Below, one piece after another: positions 26,949-37,071 of a stretch of 64,000 bases of DNA (within the stretch, counting starts at the first letter, position 1; each line of letters opens with the position of its first letter). The translations under genes were made by a program, and so were the position numbers. The stretch covers positions 3,706 through 67,705 of the forward strand of contig CALYOH010000002.1 in assembly GCA_945228905.1 (NCBI GenBank), given 5' to 3'. Below the pieces are notes generated by a model, which ran no database searches, was not told where the DNA came from, and worked only from the letters and a program-made list of their open reading frames with translations. The DNA comes from an uncultured Bacillales bacterium. Lineage in GTDB: Bacteria; Bacillota_I; Bacilli_A; RF39; UBA660.

Positions 26949-27830
26949 CTATTTCTTTAAAGATTCTGCTACTGCAGTACCAGCTGTTACAATTCCTTGT
27001 AAATCACTTGGAACAATAATCTTAGTAGCATTACCATTAGCAACTTCTACCATTGCTTCATAACTTTTTAATTTTAATACAGCTTCATCCATTTCTGCTG
27101 ATTTTAATAATCTTAAACCTTGAGCAGTAGCTTCTTGAATTTTAACAATAGCTTCAGCTTCTCCTTCAGCAGCACGAATTTTAGCTTCTTTTTCAGCATC
27201 AGCTCTAAGAATAGTACTTTCTTTTTCACCTTCAGCAATTAAGATAGCAGCTTTTTTCTCACCCTCAGCTTTAAGAATAGCTTCACGTCTTTCACGTTCA
27301 GCTCTCATTTGTTTTTCCATAGATTCTTGAATATCTCTTGGAGGTAAAATATTTTTAACCTCTACACGGTTAACTTTAACTCCCCAAGGATCAGTTGCTT
27401 CATCAAGAATACTTCTCATTTTTGTATTAATTACATCACGTGATGTTAATGTTTCATCTAATTCAAGTTCACCAATAATATTACGTAATGTAGTTGCAGT
27501 TAAATTTTCAATTGCATTAATTGGATTCTCTACACCATATGTATATAATTTAGAATCAGTAATTTGAAAATATACAACTGTATCAATTTGCATAGTAACA
27601 TTATCTTTTGTAATAACAGGTTGTGGAGCAAAATCCTTAACAATTTCTTTTAAACTAACTACATTAGCAACTCTTTCAATAAAAGGTAATACATAATGTA
27701 ATCCTGTTTGCATAGTTCTATGATAAGCTCCTAGTCTTTCAACAACATATGCTTTTGATTGTGGAATAATTTTTATTCCTGTTGCAGCAATCACTACAAG
27801 TATTATTAATACTACTAAGCCAAATTCCAT
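26949..27830 (-). CDS. SPFH/band-7 (stomatin-like) protein
   Basis: N-terminal TM helix, an SPFH core (VVERLGAYHRT...) and a C-terminal AEGEAEA coiled coil. Paired with NfeD. Confidence 0.85.
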   Translation of the reverse strand: MEFGLVVLIILVVIAATGIKIIPQSKAYVVERLGAYHRTMQTGLHYVLPFIERVANVVSLKEIVKDFAPQPVITKDNVTMQIDTVVYFQITDSKLYTYGVENPINAIENLTATTLRNIIGELELDETLTSRDVINTKMRSILDEATDPWGVKVNRVEVKNILPPRDIQESMEKQMRAERERREAILKAEGEKKAAILIAEGEKESTILRADAEKEAKIRAAEGEAEAIVKIQEATAQGLRLLKSAEMDEAVLKLKSYEAMVEVANGNATKIIVPSDLQGIVTAGTAVAESLKK

Positions 27831-28247
27831 TTATTTCTCCTCCCTTTCTACAATGAGTTTGACTCCCTCAATATTTAATACTTTGACTTTTTCTCCAACA
27901 TCAATTACTTCTTTACTAGTAGCAGTCCAAGTATTACCAAAAACCTTTACTTCTCCATAGCTATTGTTATCTATTTTCTTAGTTACTTCACCAGTTTTAC
28001 CAATTACTCTATCTGAATTAGTTGGAGTAATATCAAAACCTTTAAATTTCTTTACTAATGGTTTTGTAATTAGTAAAGATATTATACTAACTACAATAAA
28101 TACAATAATTTGTATAACTATAGAGTCAGTAAAATAAGCAGTTAACATAGCTCCAAGAGCTCCTATTGAAAACCAAATAGAAACTAAATTAACAGTCATT
28201 AATTCTACTATTAACATAACTAGAAAAACTATAAACCATATTAACAT
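27831..28247 (-). CDS. NfeD-family membrane protein
   Basis: Three TM helices plus a C-terminal OB-like segment (GEVKVFGNTWTA). Abuts the SPFH gene. Confidence 0.8.
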   Translation of the reverse strand: MLIWFIVFLVMLIVELMTVNLVSIWFSIGALGAMLTAYFTDSIVIQIIVFIVVSIISLLITKPLVKKFKGFDITPTNSDRVIGKTGEVTKKIDNNSYGEVKVFGNTWTATSKEVIDVGEKVKVLNIEGVKLIVEREEK

Positions 28248-28379
28248 ACTCTAATCACCTCTAACTAAATTATATGTTAAATACCTGTCAATTTCAATAA
28301 AATTTATATATAACTTATTGTTTATAAAATATTAATCTTTTATAATTTAAGTAAAGATAGAATAGGAGTAGTGTGATCA

Positions 28380-29075
28380 ATGAAACTAAAACAAAAAGAA
28401 ATACAAATTCTTTCAATAACAGTTGCATGCTTTGGTTTATTAATGACAACAAGTGGTTTAATAATGAACAAAAATGATAAGCCAATTATAAAGACTAACT
28501 ATAAGTTAGATGTAGCCATTGAAAAAACAACTGCTCAAGCTAAAAAAGTAGAAATAAAATTAAAAGATATTGAAATAGATATAAATACACCATTAAGTGT
28601 AGATGTAAAAGACTATATAGAAAATATAGATCAAATAAGTAATGATGTAATTAGTAAATTAGAATTAGATACATCATTAGTAAAAGTAACAGAAGCAGGT
28701 AATTATAAATATACAATTACTTATGGAAAGAAAAAATATCTTGGAAATATAGTTATCAAAGCAAAAGAAGTAGTAACAACATTAACTGCTAAAACAATAG
28801 TAATAAAAGCAGGAAGTTCACTTCCTGGAGATACAAAAGAATATATAATGGAAACATTAAAAGATGAAGAATATAAAGAAATATATTTAAATCTAGATGA
28901 AGCTAAAAGTAAAATAAATATTCCGGGAGAATATACATACTATTTAATTTATAAAGGTTCTAGATATGATGGAAAAATAATAATAGAAAATCCAGAACCA
29001 TCAGGTATTCAAATAGTTGAAAAAGATAAAGAAACTGATGAATCAGAAACAGCAGTAATTACAAAACCACAGTAA
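28380..29075 (+). CDS. Membrane-anchored protein with two Ig-like repeats, function unknown
   Basis: N-terminal TM helix. Two segments of about 70 aa end in GNYKYTITYGKKKYLGNIVIK and GEYTYYLIYKGSRYDGKIIIE. Confidence 0.4.
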   Translation: MKLKQKEIQILSITVACFGLLMTTSGLIMNKNDKPIIKTNYKLDVAIEKTTAQAKKVEIKLKDIEIDINTPLSVDVKDYIENIDQISNDVISKLELDTSLVKVTEAGNYKYTITYGKKKYLGNIVIKAKEVVTTLTAKTIVIKAGSSLPGDTKEYIMETLKDEEYKEIYLNLDEAKSKINIPGEYTYYLIYKGSRYDGKIIIENPEPSGIQIVEKDKETDESETAVITKPQ

Positions 29076-29098
29076 AAGAAGACATAAGTCTTCTTTTT

Positions 29099-30712
29099 TT
29101 AACTTAAATTAATGATTTCTCCATCAACTACATCAATAAGTTCACAGTTTGGTTTGCGAGATAATCCTGGCATAGTCATAATATTACCTAAAAGTACAGT
29201 AATAAATCCTGCCCCATTATATAAGTTAATATCACGAACAGTTACCTCAAAGTCTTTTGGTACTCCAACTTTGTCTTTATCATCAGAGAAAGAATACTGT
29301 GTCTTAGCAATACATATTGGTAATTCAGAATATTTATTCTTATTAATTATATCAATCTTTTCTTTAGCTAAGTCACTTATAACAACTTTCTTAGCTCCAT
29401 ATATTTCTTTACATACAGTATTTATTTTATCCACAACACTGTCTTTAGTATCATATAAAGGTTTAAATTTAGATTCCTTACTATCAATAACAAGTTTAGC
29501 TAAATCTTCAGCACCTTTTCCACCATCAACATAAGCAGATGAAACACTAAATTTATAACCCTTCTCTTCACAATGTTTCTTAACTAATTCAATTTCTTCA
29601 TCAGTATCTGTATTAAATTTATTTAAACAAACAATAACATCTACACCATATTTTTTCATATTATCATAATGTTTATCTAAATTTTCAAATCCCTTAATTA
29701 AAGCTTCATCATTCTTTTCATATACATTATCCTTTGGAACTCCACCATGATACTTCATAGCTTTAATAGTTGCGACTAAAACTACAGTTTCAGGTTTTAA
29801 TCCACTAACTCTACATTTAATATCAAAGAACTTTTCAGCACCTAAATCAGAACCAAATCCAGCCTCAGTAACAACATAATCAGCATAATTTAAAGCAGTC
29901 TTTGTACTAATAATACTATTACATCCATGAGCTATATTTGCAAAAGGTCCTCCATGAATAAATGTAGGAGTATTCTCTAAAGTTTGAACTATGTTTGGTA
30001 ATATAGCATCTTTTAATAAAGCAACTAAACTACCTTCTATATTCAAATCTCTAACATAAATATATTGATTCTTACTATTAGTTCCAACAATAATGTTACC
30101 CAATCTTTTTCTTAAATCTTCTAATGAATCAGCTAAACAGAATAAAGCCATTATTTCACTAGCAGAAGTAATAGTAAATGAATCATGTCTTGTACCTAAA
30201 TCAACATCTCTAAGAACTCTATCATTAACATCTAAACATCTCTTAAATAATACATTTTGAATATCTAAACTATTTCCAAAATAAATATGATTATCTATAG
30301 CAGCACTAATTAAATTATTAGCAGAAGTAATTGCATGAAAGTCACCAGTAAAATGAAGATTAATATCTTCCATAGGAACAACTTGACTATATCCTCCACC
30401 AGTTGCTCCACCCTTCATACCAAATACAGGTCCCATAGATGGTTCTCTTAAAGATATAATAGTTTTCTTTCCTAGCTTTTTTAATGCATCTCCTAAACCA
30501 ATACTTACAGTAGTCTTACCTTCTCCCATTGGAGTTGGACTAATCGCAGTAACAAGTATAAGTTTAGAATTACTCTTTTTAGTATTAATTTTTTTAATCT
30601 TAGCCTTGTAATCTCCATATAACATTAAGTCTTCTTTTTTAATACCAATACTCTTCGCTACATCAACTATATTTTTCTTCTTACTCTTTCTTGAAATTTC
30701 TATATCAGTCAT
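29099..30712 (-). CDS. fhs: Formate-tetrahydrofolate ligase
   Basis: 537 aa. ISPTPMGEGKTT P-loop and overall Fhs-like sequence. Confidence 0.9.
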   Translation of the reverse strand: MTDIEISRKSKKKNIVDVAKSIGIKKEDLMLYGDYKAKIKKINTKKSNSKLILVTAISPTPMGEGKTTVSIGLGDALKKLGKKTIISLREPSMGPVFGMKGGATGGGYSQVVPMEDINLHFTGDFHAITSANNLISAAIDNHIYFGNSLDIQNVLFKRCLDVNDRVLRDVDLGTRHDSFTITSASEIMALFCLADSLEDLRKRLGNIIVGTNSKNQYIYVRDLNIEGSLVALLKDAILPNIVQTLENTPTFIHGGPFANIAHGCNSIISTKTALNYADYVVTEAGFGSDLGAEKFFDIKCRVSGLKPETVVLVATIKAMKYHGGVPKDNVYEKNDEALIKGFENLDKHYDNMKKYGVDVIVCLNKFNTDTDEEIELVKKHCEEKGYKFSVSSAYVDGGKGAEDLAKLVIDSKESKFKPLYDTKDSVVDKINTVCKEIYGAKKVVISDLAKEKIDIINKNKYSELPICIAKTQYSFSDDKDKVGVPKDFEVTVRDINLYNGAGFITVLLGNIMTMPGLSRKPNCELIDVVDGEIINLS

Positions 30713-30910
30713 CTAATCACCTCCCGTTTATTATATCATAAATAGAAAACTTTTTATTTAAAATACAAAAAGATCTAGGAATATAAAAAATCGTTATAGT
30801 AAAGTAATTATTTCATCTTAAAAAATCACATAATTATTAAAAAGTACGATTTGTTTTCTATAAAGGATAGTGTTAGTATCTGAACCATTAAGAAAAAAGG
30901 AGGGATTATT

Positions 30911-32320
30911 ATAAAAAGAAAATTTTTCTTAATAACACTATTATGTACAGTACTATTTAGTGTATTAAATGTACATGCAGAAACCACATCATTCTTTGAA
31001 GCAGAGTATATAAGAGGTATTTATGAAAGTAAATATATGTACTCTAACAATACTATTTATTATCAAACAGCTAGATTCTTTAGAAAGTCTGATACTCATA
31101 TGTTTGCTTATTGTATTGAACCATTCACATTCTTTAATGAAGATGCATCTTATGAATCAACAATTACTCCAAACAATTTAACTAATGAACAAAAAGATAG
31201 AATATCTAAAATAGCTCACTTTGGATTCTATTATAAGAATCATACAGATGATTATTGGTATGCAGTAACTCAAATGATGATTTGGCAAGTTGCGGATACA
31301 GTTAATGGAGAAACATACTTTACTGATAAATTAAATGGTAATAGAGTAAATATTTATCAAAATGAAATAAATGAAATTAATAACTTAGTAGATAATTATA
31401 ATACTCTACCAAATACAAATAATAAAACTTATATATTTAAAGAAGGAGAAAATATATCTATCCCCGCAGGAGATATAGTAACTAACTATAAATCAAATGA
31501 TGAAAGAGTAAAAATAGAAGGAACAAATGTAGTAATAGATGACTTAAAAGAAGGTAATTATACATTTACATTAGAAAGAAATGAAGTAAATTATAATAGA
31601 CCAACTATCTTCTATCAATCTAATAATAGTCAAAATATAATGGAATCAGGAGATTTAGATCCAATTAAATCTACATTTAATATTAAAATAATAAAAACAG
31701 AAATTAATATTAATAAAATAGATTCAGATACACAAAGTATTATTCCATCAGGAGATGCCTCTCTAGATGGAGCAATCTACACTCTATATGATAGTAATAT
31801 GAATGAAATTAAAGACCTAACTATTATAAAAAATATATCTGATATAAAAGATCTAGATTTAGGAACATACTATATAAAAGAAAAAACTCCCGGTACAGGA
31901 TATAATCTAGATAATGAAACATATAAAATAGTATTAGATGAAAATAATACTAAAGTAGAATTAACATTAGAAAACAAAGTAATAAAAAAGAATATTACTA
32001 TTAAGAAACTATATGGAGATAATAATAAAATGAATAATGAAAAAAATATAGATTTTGAATTATATAATAGTAAAAATGAATTAATAAAAACTATTTCCAC
32101 AGATGAAAATGGAGAAGTTACTATTAATCTACCATATGGTGAATATAAACTAGTTCAATTAAATTCTACTAATGGTTATCAAAAAGTAGAACCATTTATC
32201 ATCAAAGTAACAAATAATGAAGATGAAACAATAGAATTAAAAGACTATAGAATACCAGTACCAGATACACATATTAGTATATGGATATATTTAATTAGAT
32301 TATTATTACAAATATGTTAA
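30911..32320 (+). CDS. Surface adhesin with candidate thioester (TQxxIW) domain and two SpaA/CnaB-type domains; apparent non-canonical start
   Basis: In frame upstream of the first ATG (31037) lies a signal peptide KRKFFLITLLCTVLFSVLNVHA|ETT, directly after AAGGAGGG. AYCIEP and AVTQMMIWQ are a candidate Cys/Gln thioester pair. DGAIYTLYD...GTYYIKEKTPGTGY and ENGEVTINLPYGEYKLVQ are prealbumin-fold repeats. The C-terminus is PVPDTH followed by a hydrophobic tail. Confidence 0.6.
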   Translation: MKRKFFLITLLCTVLFSVLNVHAETTSFFEAEYIRGIYESKYMYSNNTIYYQTARFFRKSDTHMFAYCIEPFTFFNEDASYESTITPNNLTNEQKDRISKIAHFGFYYKNHTDDYWYAVTQMMIWQVADTVNGETYFTDKLNGNRVNIYQNEINEINNLVDNYNTLPNTNNKTYIFKEGENISIPAGDIVTNYKSNDERVKIEGTNVVIDDLKEGNYTFTLERNEVNYNRPTIFYQSNNSQNIMESGDLDPIKSTFNIKIIKTEININKIDSDTQSIIPSGDASLDGAIYTLYDSNMNEIKDLTIIKNISDIKDLDLGTYYIKEKTPGTGYNLDNETYKIVLDENNTKVELTLENKVIKKNITIKKLYGDNNKMNNEKNIDFELYNSKNELIKTISTDENGEVTINLPYGEYKLVQLNSTNGYQKVEPFIIKVTNNEDETIELKDYRIPVPDTHISIWIYLIRLLLQIC

Positions 32321-32841
32321 AGAAACTGTTAATTGTATTAGTAGTAATAATAACTATATTATTAAATTTATCAATAATAAAAATAGATAATAAAAAAGAA
32401 ATATTATCTATAGATAAACCAATATATATAAATAATAATGATCAAAGTATAGGTTATTTAAAAATAGATAAAATTAATCTAAAAGAGAAATTATATAATA
32501 CTAATAGTAAAGAAAATAATATAGAACATAATGTTACTATATTAAAAGAATCAATATTACCAGATAAAAATAATAGTATAGTTTTTTTAGCAGCTCATTC
32601 AGGTATTGGTGATATAGCATATTTCGAAGAATTAGATGAATTAAATATTAATGATGAAATAGTACTAAATATAAATAATAAAACATATACATATATAGTA
32701 AAAGATTATTGGGAAGAAAAGAAAAATGGATATATTAATATTAATAAAGAGAATAAAAATCAATTAATATTAACTACTTGTAGTCCTAATAAAGATAATT
32801 ATCAATTAGTAATAAATTGCATAGAAAAAGAGTCTAAATAG
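32314..32841 (+). CDS. Small sortase-family transpeptidase (atypical)
   Basis: N-terminal TM helix, FLAAHSG (His) and LILTTCSP (TLxTC-like Cys). The start overlaps the adhesin stop by 7 nt. Confidence 0.65.
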   Translation: MLKKLLIVLVVIITILLNLSIIKIDNKKEILSIDKPIYINNNDQSIGYLKIDKINLKEKLYNTNSKENNIEHNVTILKESILPDKNNSIVFLAAHSGIGDIAYFEELDELNINDEIVLNINNKTYTYIVKDYWEEKKNGYININKENKNQLILTTCSPNKDNYQLVINCIEKESK

Positions 32842-32845
32842 ACTC

Positions 32846-34102
32846 TTATTTTAATTTTGAAATTGCTAATTGTAATTGATTATCATTTTCAAATGTAGGA
32901 GTAGTATAATATTCCTCATTTAATTGTACTTCATAATCAGGTTTAATACCTTTTCCTTCTATAGATTTACCTTTAGAAGTTAACCATTGTTCAGTAGTAT
33001 ATTTAATACTAATACCAGAACTAAATGTCTGAGACTTTTGAACACTACCTTTTCCATAAGAATTAGTACCAACTATAATAGTATTTTTATAATTATCTTT
33101 AAAACATGAAGCTAATATTTCAGAAGCAGAAGCACTACCTCCATTTATAATAACTGCTATAGGATATTTTCTACTCTCTTTTGTAGAAGAATATATTTTA
33201 GTAGTACCAGAATTATTCTTAATCTTATATAAAACAGTCTTCTTATCAAAGAATAAACTTAAAATCTTATTAGTTTGAGCTAAATGTCCTCCAGGATTAC
33301 TTCTAACATCAATAACTAATTTATTAATATCTTTCTTTTCTAAACTTTCTAAATTAGATTTAAATTGACCATAAGTATTAGCAGCAAAATTAGTAATCCT
33401 AATATAACCAACTTTATCATTTTCTATTTCATAGTATTTACTAATTACACTTTCAATATCAATTTCTTCACGAGTAACAGTATAAGTCTTCTCTTTATCT
33501 TTTCTAAGTACTTTTACTTTAACTTTAGTACCAACTTCTCCTTTAATTAAATCAGTTAATTGATACATATTCTCTTTATTAATTTCTTTACCATCTACTC
33601 CTATAATAACATCATTTACTTTTAATCCGGCTTTAGCAGCAGGGCCCTTATCATTAACAAGAATAATAGTACATTTATCATCTTCATAACTAACAGTTAT
33701 TCCTATACCAACATAAAAACCATCTATAGACTCATTAAATGCTGAAGTAGAGCCTTCATCTAAATAATTAGTATATGGATCATCTAAAGAAGATATCATT
33801 GCTCTAATAGCGGCATTACTAAGTTTATTATCATCAATATCTTTATAATAATTATTCTTAAGAGTATTATATGTAGAAATAATTTCAGTAAGATTAGGAT
33901 CATTCTCAATATTATTACTCTTAGTATAAGTAATAATATATCCAATAATAATTCCAAATATTATAGATATAAATATAATAATTATAATTTCAAATATAGA
34001 GAACTTAGAATCACTATCTAAATCTATTTCAAAATCTTTAATATTCTTATCAATAAACTTCTTAATAGATTTCTTCTTCTCTCTATTTTTTATCTTACTC
34101 AT
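32846..34102 (-). CDS. S41-family C-terminal processing peptidase with PDZ domain
   Basis: PAAKAGLKVNDVIIGVDG (PDZ) and IINGGSASASEILA (catalytic Ser context). TM anchor. Start set at ATG 34102 after AGGAGTGG. Confidence 0.8.
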   Translation of the reverse strand: MSKIKNREKKKSIKKFIDKNIKDFEIDLDSDSKFSIFEIIIIIFISIIFGIIIGYIITYTKSNNIENDPNLTEIISTYNTLKNNYYKDIDDNKLSNAAIRAMISSLDDPYTNYLDEGSTSAFNESIDGFYVGIGITVSYEDDKCTIILVNDKGPAAKAGLKVNDVIIGVDGKEINKENMYQLTDLIKGEVGTKVKVKVLRKDKEKTYTVTREEIDIESVISKYYEIENDKVGYIRITNFAANTYGQFKSNLESLEKKDINKLVIDVRSNPGGHLAQTNKILSLFFDKKTVLYKIKNNSGTTKIYSSTKESRKYPIAVIINGGSASASEILASCFKDNYKNTIIVGTNSYGKGSVQKSQTFSSGISIKYTTEQWLTSKGKSIEGKGIKPDYEVQLNEEYYTTPTFENDNQLQLAISKLK

Positions 34103-34161
34103 ATAAACCACTCCTGTACCATTTAATTATAACATAAAAAAAGACATTTAAATGTCTTTTA

Positions 34162-34710
34162 TTAATTTAAATAATCATTAATATTATCAGTACCTTCAAT
34201 ATATTCTTCTACATTATTACCATTAAATTTAATAAGAGTTGGTCCAGATATCTTAAGTTCTGAAGCTTTAGTAGGATTTTTATTAGACTCTTCTGATACA
34301 TACATAGTATTTAGAGGATCTCCCATATCTACTACATATAAATCAAGTTTATCAGCATTTCTATAAGTATGAATAGCATCTTCTAAAGTAGTATCTTCAC
34401 CTGCATCATAATAAACAACTAAATATTCTCCATCACTAATAGAAAAACTTCTACCAGCAATAATCTTGTCAAATGAGAATACTGCTTCTTCTGTAACTGT
34501 ATTATTAGTACTTGTATCTCCTTTACTAGTTAAATATAAAGTTAATAAATAAAATGCAAGTATAAATACAACTACTCCTATAGCAACAAACACTTTACTC
34601 CAAACACCTTCAGTAAAATTAACTCCTACTTCTTCAATCTTTTCTCTTTCTTTTTTTAATCTTTCTTTTCTACTTTTACTACCATTTTGTCCTCTCTTAC
34701 CTTTTGACAT
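34162..34710 (-). CDS. Membrane-anchored protein, function unknown
   Basis: 182 aa with a basic N-terminus, one TM helix and an extracellular domain of about 120 aa. Confidence 0.4.
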   Translation of the reverse strand: MSKGKRGQNGSKSRKERLKKEREKIEEVGVNFTEGVWSKVFVAIGVVVFILAFYLLTLYLTSKGDTSTNNTVTEEAVFSFDKIIAGRSFSISDGEYLVVYYDAGEDTTLEDAIHTYRNADKLDLYVVDMGDPLNTMYVSEESNKNPTKASELKISGPTLIKFNGNNVEEYIEGTDNINDYLN

Positions 34711-34779
34711 AATATCACCTGAGAAATATTATAACACATTTCTATTAAATAAAACAAAAAAAAGAGAACTTTAGTTCTC

Positions 34780-36150
34780 TTATTTCTTAGTAATTACAAC
34801 AGTAACCTTCTTAATCTTAGATTCATAAGATAATTTCAAGTCAGTTCCAGTTACTTGTACAGGAACTTCATGAGTACCTTCTCCATAATTCTTAAGATCA
34901 ATATAAGCAGTAATATCACTCTCTTTAAGATTATCTAATGATTCACTACTTCCCTTTACTGCAACTGTAACTTGTCTATCTTCATCAGTCTTAGCTTGAA
35001 CCTTATATTGACTATCTAAGTTTCTAGTAGTAACTGAAATATTATTAAATTCTTTATAAGAAGAATTATCAACTACTACTTTAATAGTCATAGTCTTACT
35101 ACTTAATTCAGTTATACCTCTTGGTTTAGAAAGAGTAATATTAAATTCTTTATTCTTATCTAATCCTTTAACATCAATTTCTACATCTAATTGTTCAATA
35201 TCATCAACTGCTGCTTGATCACCATATACAGTAATCTTAGATATACTTGTTTCTATAGACTTAATAGATTTACCATCAGCCATCTTACCTGTAGGAACAA
35301 CTCTTACTGGTATTTCCTTACTTGGAGAAGTAATCTTAACATTAGCAGAAACAACTTTTGGTACTATTTCTACATCAACAATATTTCCATCATTATCATA
35401 AGCAACCAATGGAATATCTTTAACAGGATTATCTCCAGCTTTAGGTGTAGGTATTGTATTAACATCTAATAATGCTTTAACAGATGCAACTTTATCTAAT
35501 TTATATTGTGCACCCTTAACAATAACATCACTTCTATCAAGTTCTACATTACTAATATATAACTTAGTATCTAATTTATCTTGATGTAATAAGTCATATG
35601 TTAAACTTCTATTTTCACTAACCTTCTCATAAATAGTTACATTAACTTGAGAAGGGTCTAATTTATAATCTAATGATTTTAATCTTTGATTATATTTTAA
35701 TGTTACTTTATGAGTTCCTGGTTTTAATCCAGTTAAATCAACAGATACTCCTTTAGAAGGAGACTGTTTAGCCAAAAAGATATGTCTTCTTTGACCAATT
35801 AGTGTAATATCAACCTTTTCAGGTAATCCTTCTACCACATATAATTCTTCATTAAATACTGCAGTAACAGGTTGATCATATAATATTTCTGCATATTGAT
35901 CTATCATTACTGAAGATGATCTATCAATAAATATAAACACTAGAAATGCTAAAAGTAAACTTACTATTAATAATGTTGATTTTTTACTAGATAATCTATC
36001 TAGATTTTTCATTGAATTCTTAGCTAAATCAGATACCTTAAGAATAAGTTTAGTTATTGGAGTTATTAAAAACTTATCAAAGAATAATCCTATTCTTCTA
36101 AAAATTCTTCCTGATCCTCTACCTATCTTTTTCATATATCTCTTCCTCAA
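34780..36150 (-). CDS. cdaR: YbbR-domain protein, diadenylate cyclase regulator
   Basis: N-terminal TM helix plus four repeated beta-rich YbbR-like segments. Overlaps the 3' end of cdaA. The start is uncertain (36150 or 36135). Confidence 0.7.
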   Translation of the reverse strand: MRKRYMKKIGRGSGRIFRRIGLFFDKFLITPITKLILKVSDLAKNSMKNLDRLSSKKSTLLIVSLLLAFLVFIFIDRSSSVMIDQYAEILYDQPVTAVFNEELYVVEGLPEKVDITLIGQRRHIFLAKQSPSKGVSVDLTGLKPGTHKVTLKYNQRLKSLDYKLDPSQVNVTIYEKVSENRSLTYDLLHQDKLDTKLYISNVELDRSDVIVKGAQYKLDKVASVKALLDVNTIPTPKAGDNPVKDIPLVAYDNDGNIVDVEIVPKVVSANVKITSPSKEIPVRVVPTGKMADGKSIKSIETSISKITVYGDQAAVDDIEQLDVEIDVKGLDKNKEFNITLSKPRGITELSSKTMTIKVVVDNSSYKEFNNISVTTRNLDSQYKVQAKTDEDRQVTVAVKGSSESLDNLKESDITAYIDLKNYGEGTHEVPVQVTGTDLKLSYESKIKKVTVVITKK

Positions 36151-36961
36151 CTACTTCTTCATCTTCATCATCATCTGTATCAACATCTTGTTTAGGTTTT
36201 AACTCATCTATTAATAGCATTCTAACATCATCAAGTGTTAGGTTATATAGCATTTCTCCTTTTAAAGCAATTGAAACTCTTCCAGTCTCTTCTGAAACAA
36301 CTATACATATAGCATCAGTCTCTTCAGCAAGACCTAAAGCGGCTCTATGTCTAGTACCTAAACGTCTATTTAGTTTAGGACTACTACTTGTAGGGAAAAC
36401 AGCTCCAGCACAAGTAATTCTATCTCCTTGAATAATAACTCCACCATCATGTAATGGATTACCTTCATAGAATATAGCAATTAGTAAATCACTTGATAAA
36501 TCAGCATATAATTTCTTAGCTTTATCAATGTAATTACCTAAACTTATATCTCTTTCAATTACTATTAAAGCTCCAATTCTTTCTTTTCTTAAATAATCAA
36601 TTGCATTAATTAACTCATAAACCATATGTTCTCTTTCATCAACAGTAAGAACTTTATGTCGACCTAACAATTGATTTCTACCCAATTGTTCAAGTATAGT
36701 TCTAATTTCTGGTTGAAATATAACTATTAAAGCAATAGGTCCCCATTGAATAATATAATCAAGTAAATATCCTACAGTAACAAAATGAGCAAAATCACTA
36801 ATTATTTTAAGAACTATTATTATTAATAATCCTTTAAAAATAAGTGATAATTTAACATTATTTCTAATATTCTTAATTATAAAGTAAAAAATAAACCATA
36901 CTAATGAGATATCTACTATCTTTCTAAGTACAGTTAATATATCATTCCAAGTTATTAACAT
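36119..36961 (-). CDS. cdaA: Diadenylate cyclase
   Basis: Three N-terminal TM helices. DAC domain motifs GALIVIERD, DGGVIIQGDRI and TRHRAALG. Confidence 0.9.
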   Translation of the reverse strand: MLITWNDILTVLRKIVDISLVWFIFYFIIKNIRNNVKLSLIFKGLLIIIVLKIISDFAHFVTVGYLLDYIIQWGPIALIVIFQPEIRTILEQLGRNQLLGRHKVLTVDEREHMVYELINAIDYLRKERIGALIVIERDISLGNYIDKAKKLYADLSSDLLIAIFYEGNPLHDGGVIIQGDRITCAGAVFPTSSSPKLNRRLGTRHRAALGLAEETDAICIVVSEETGRVSIALKGEMLYNLTLDDVRMLLIDELKPKQDVDTDDDEDEEVVEEEIYEKDR

Positions 36962-37071
36962 CACATCATCTCCCAAGTTCTCTTTAATAACTGACTCTCT
37001 AACCAACCCATACCTATACTAATGATACCATTTTATAATTAATTTATCAACTTATAAAACAAAAAAAGAGC

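Noticed and set aside
26949-28247. The SPFH/NfeD pair as a possible defence or novel membrane system.
   Set aside because: This is a widespread housekeeping membrane-microdomain pair with standard architecture. Nothing unusual in the sequence or context.
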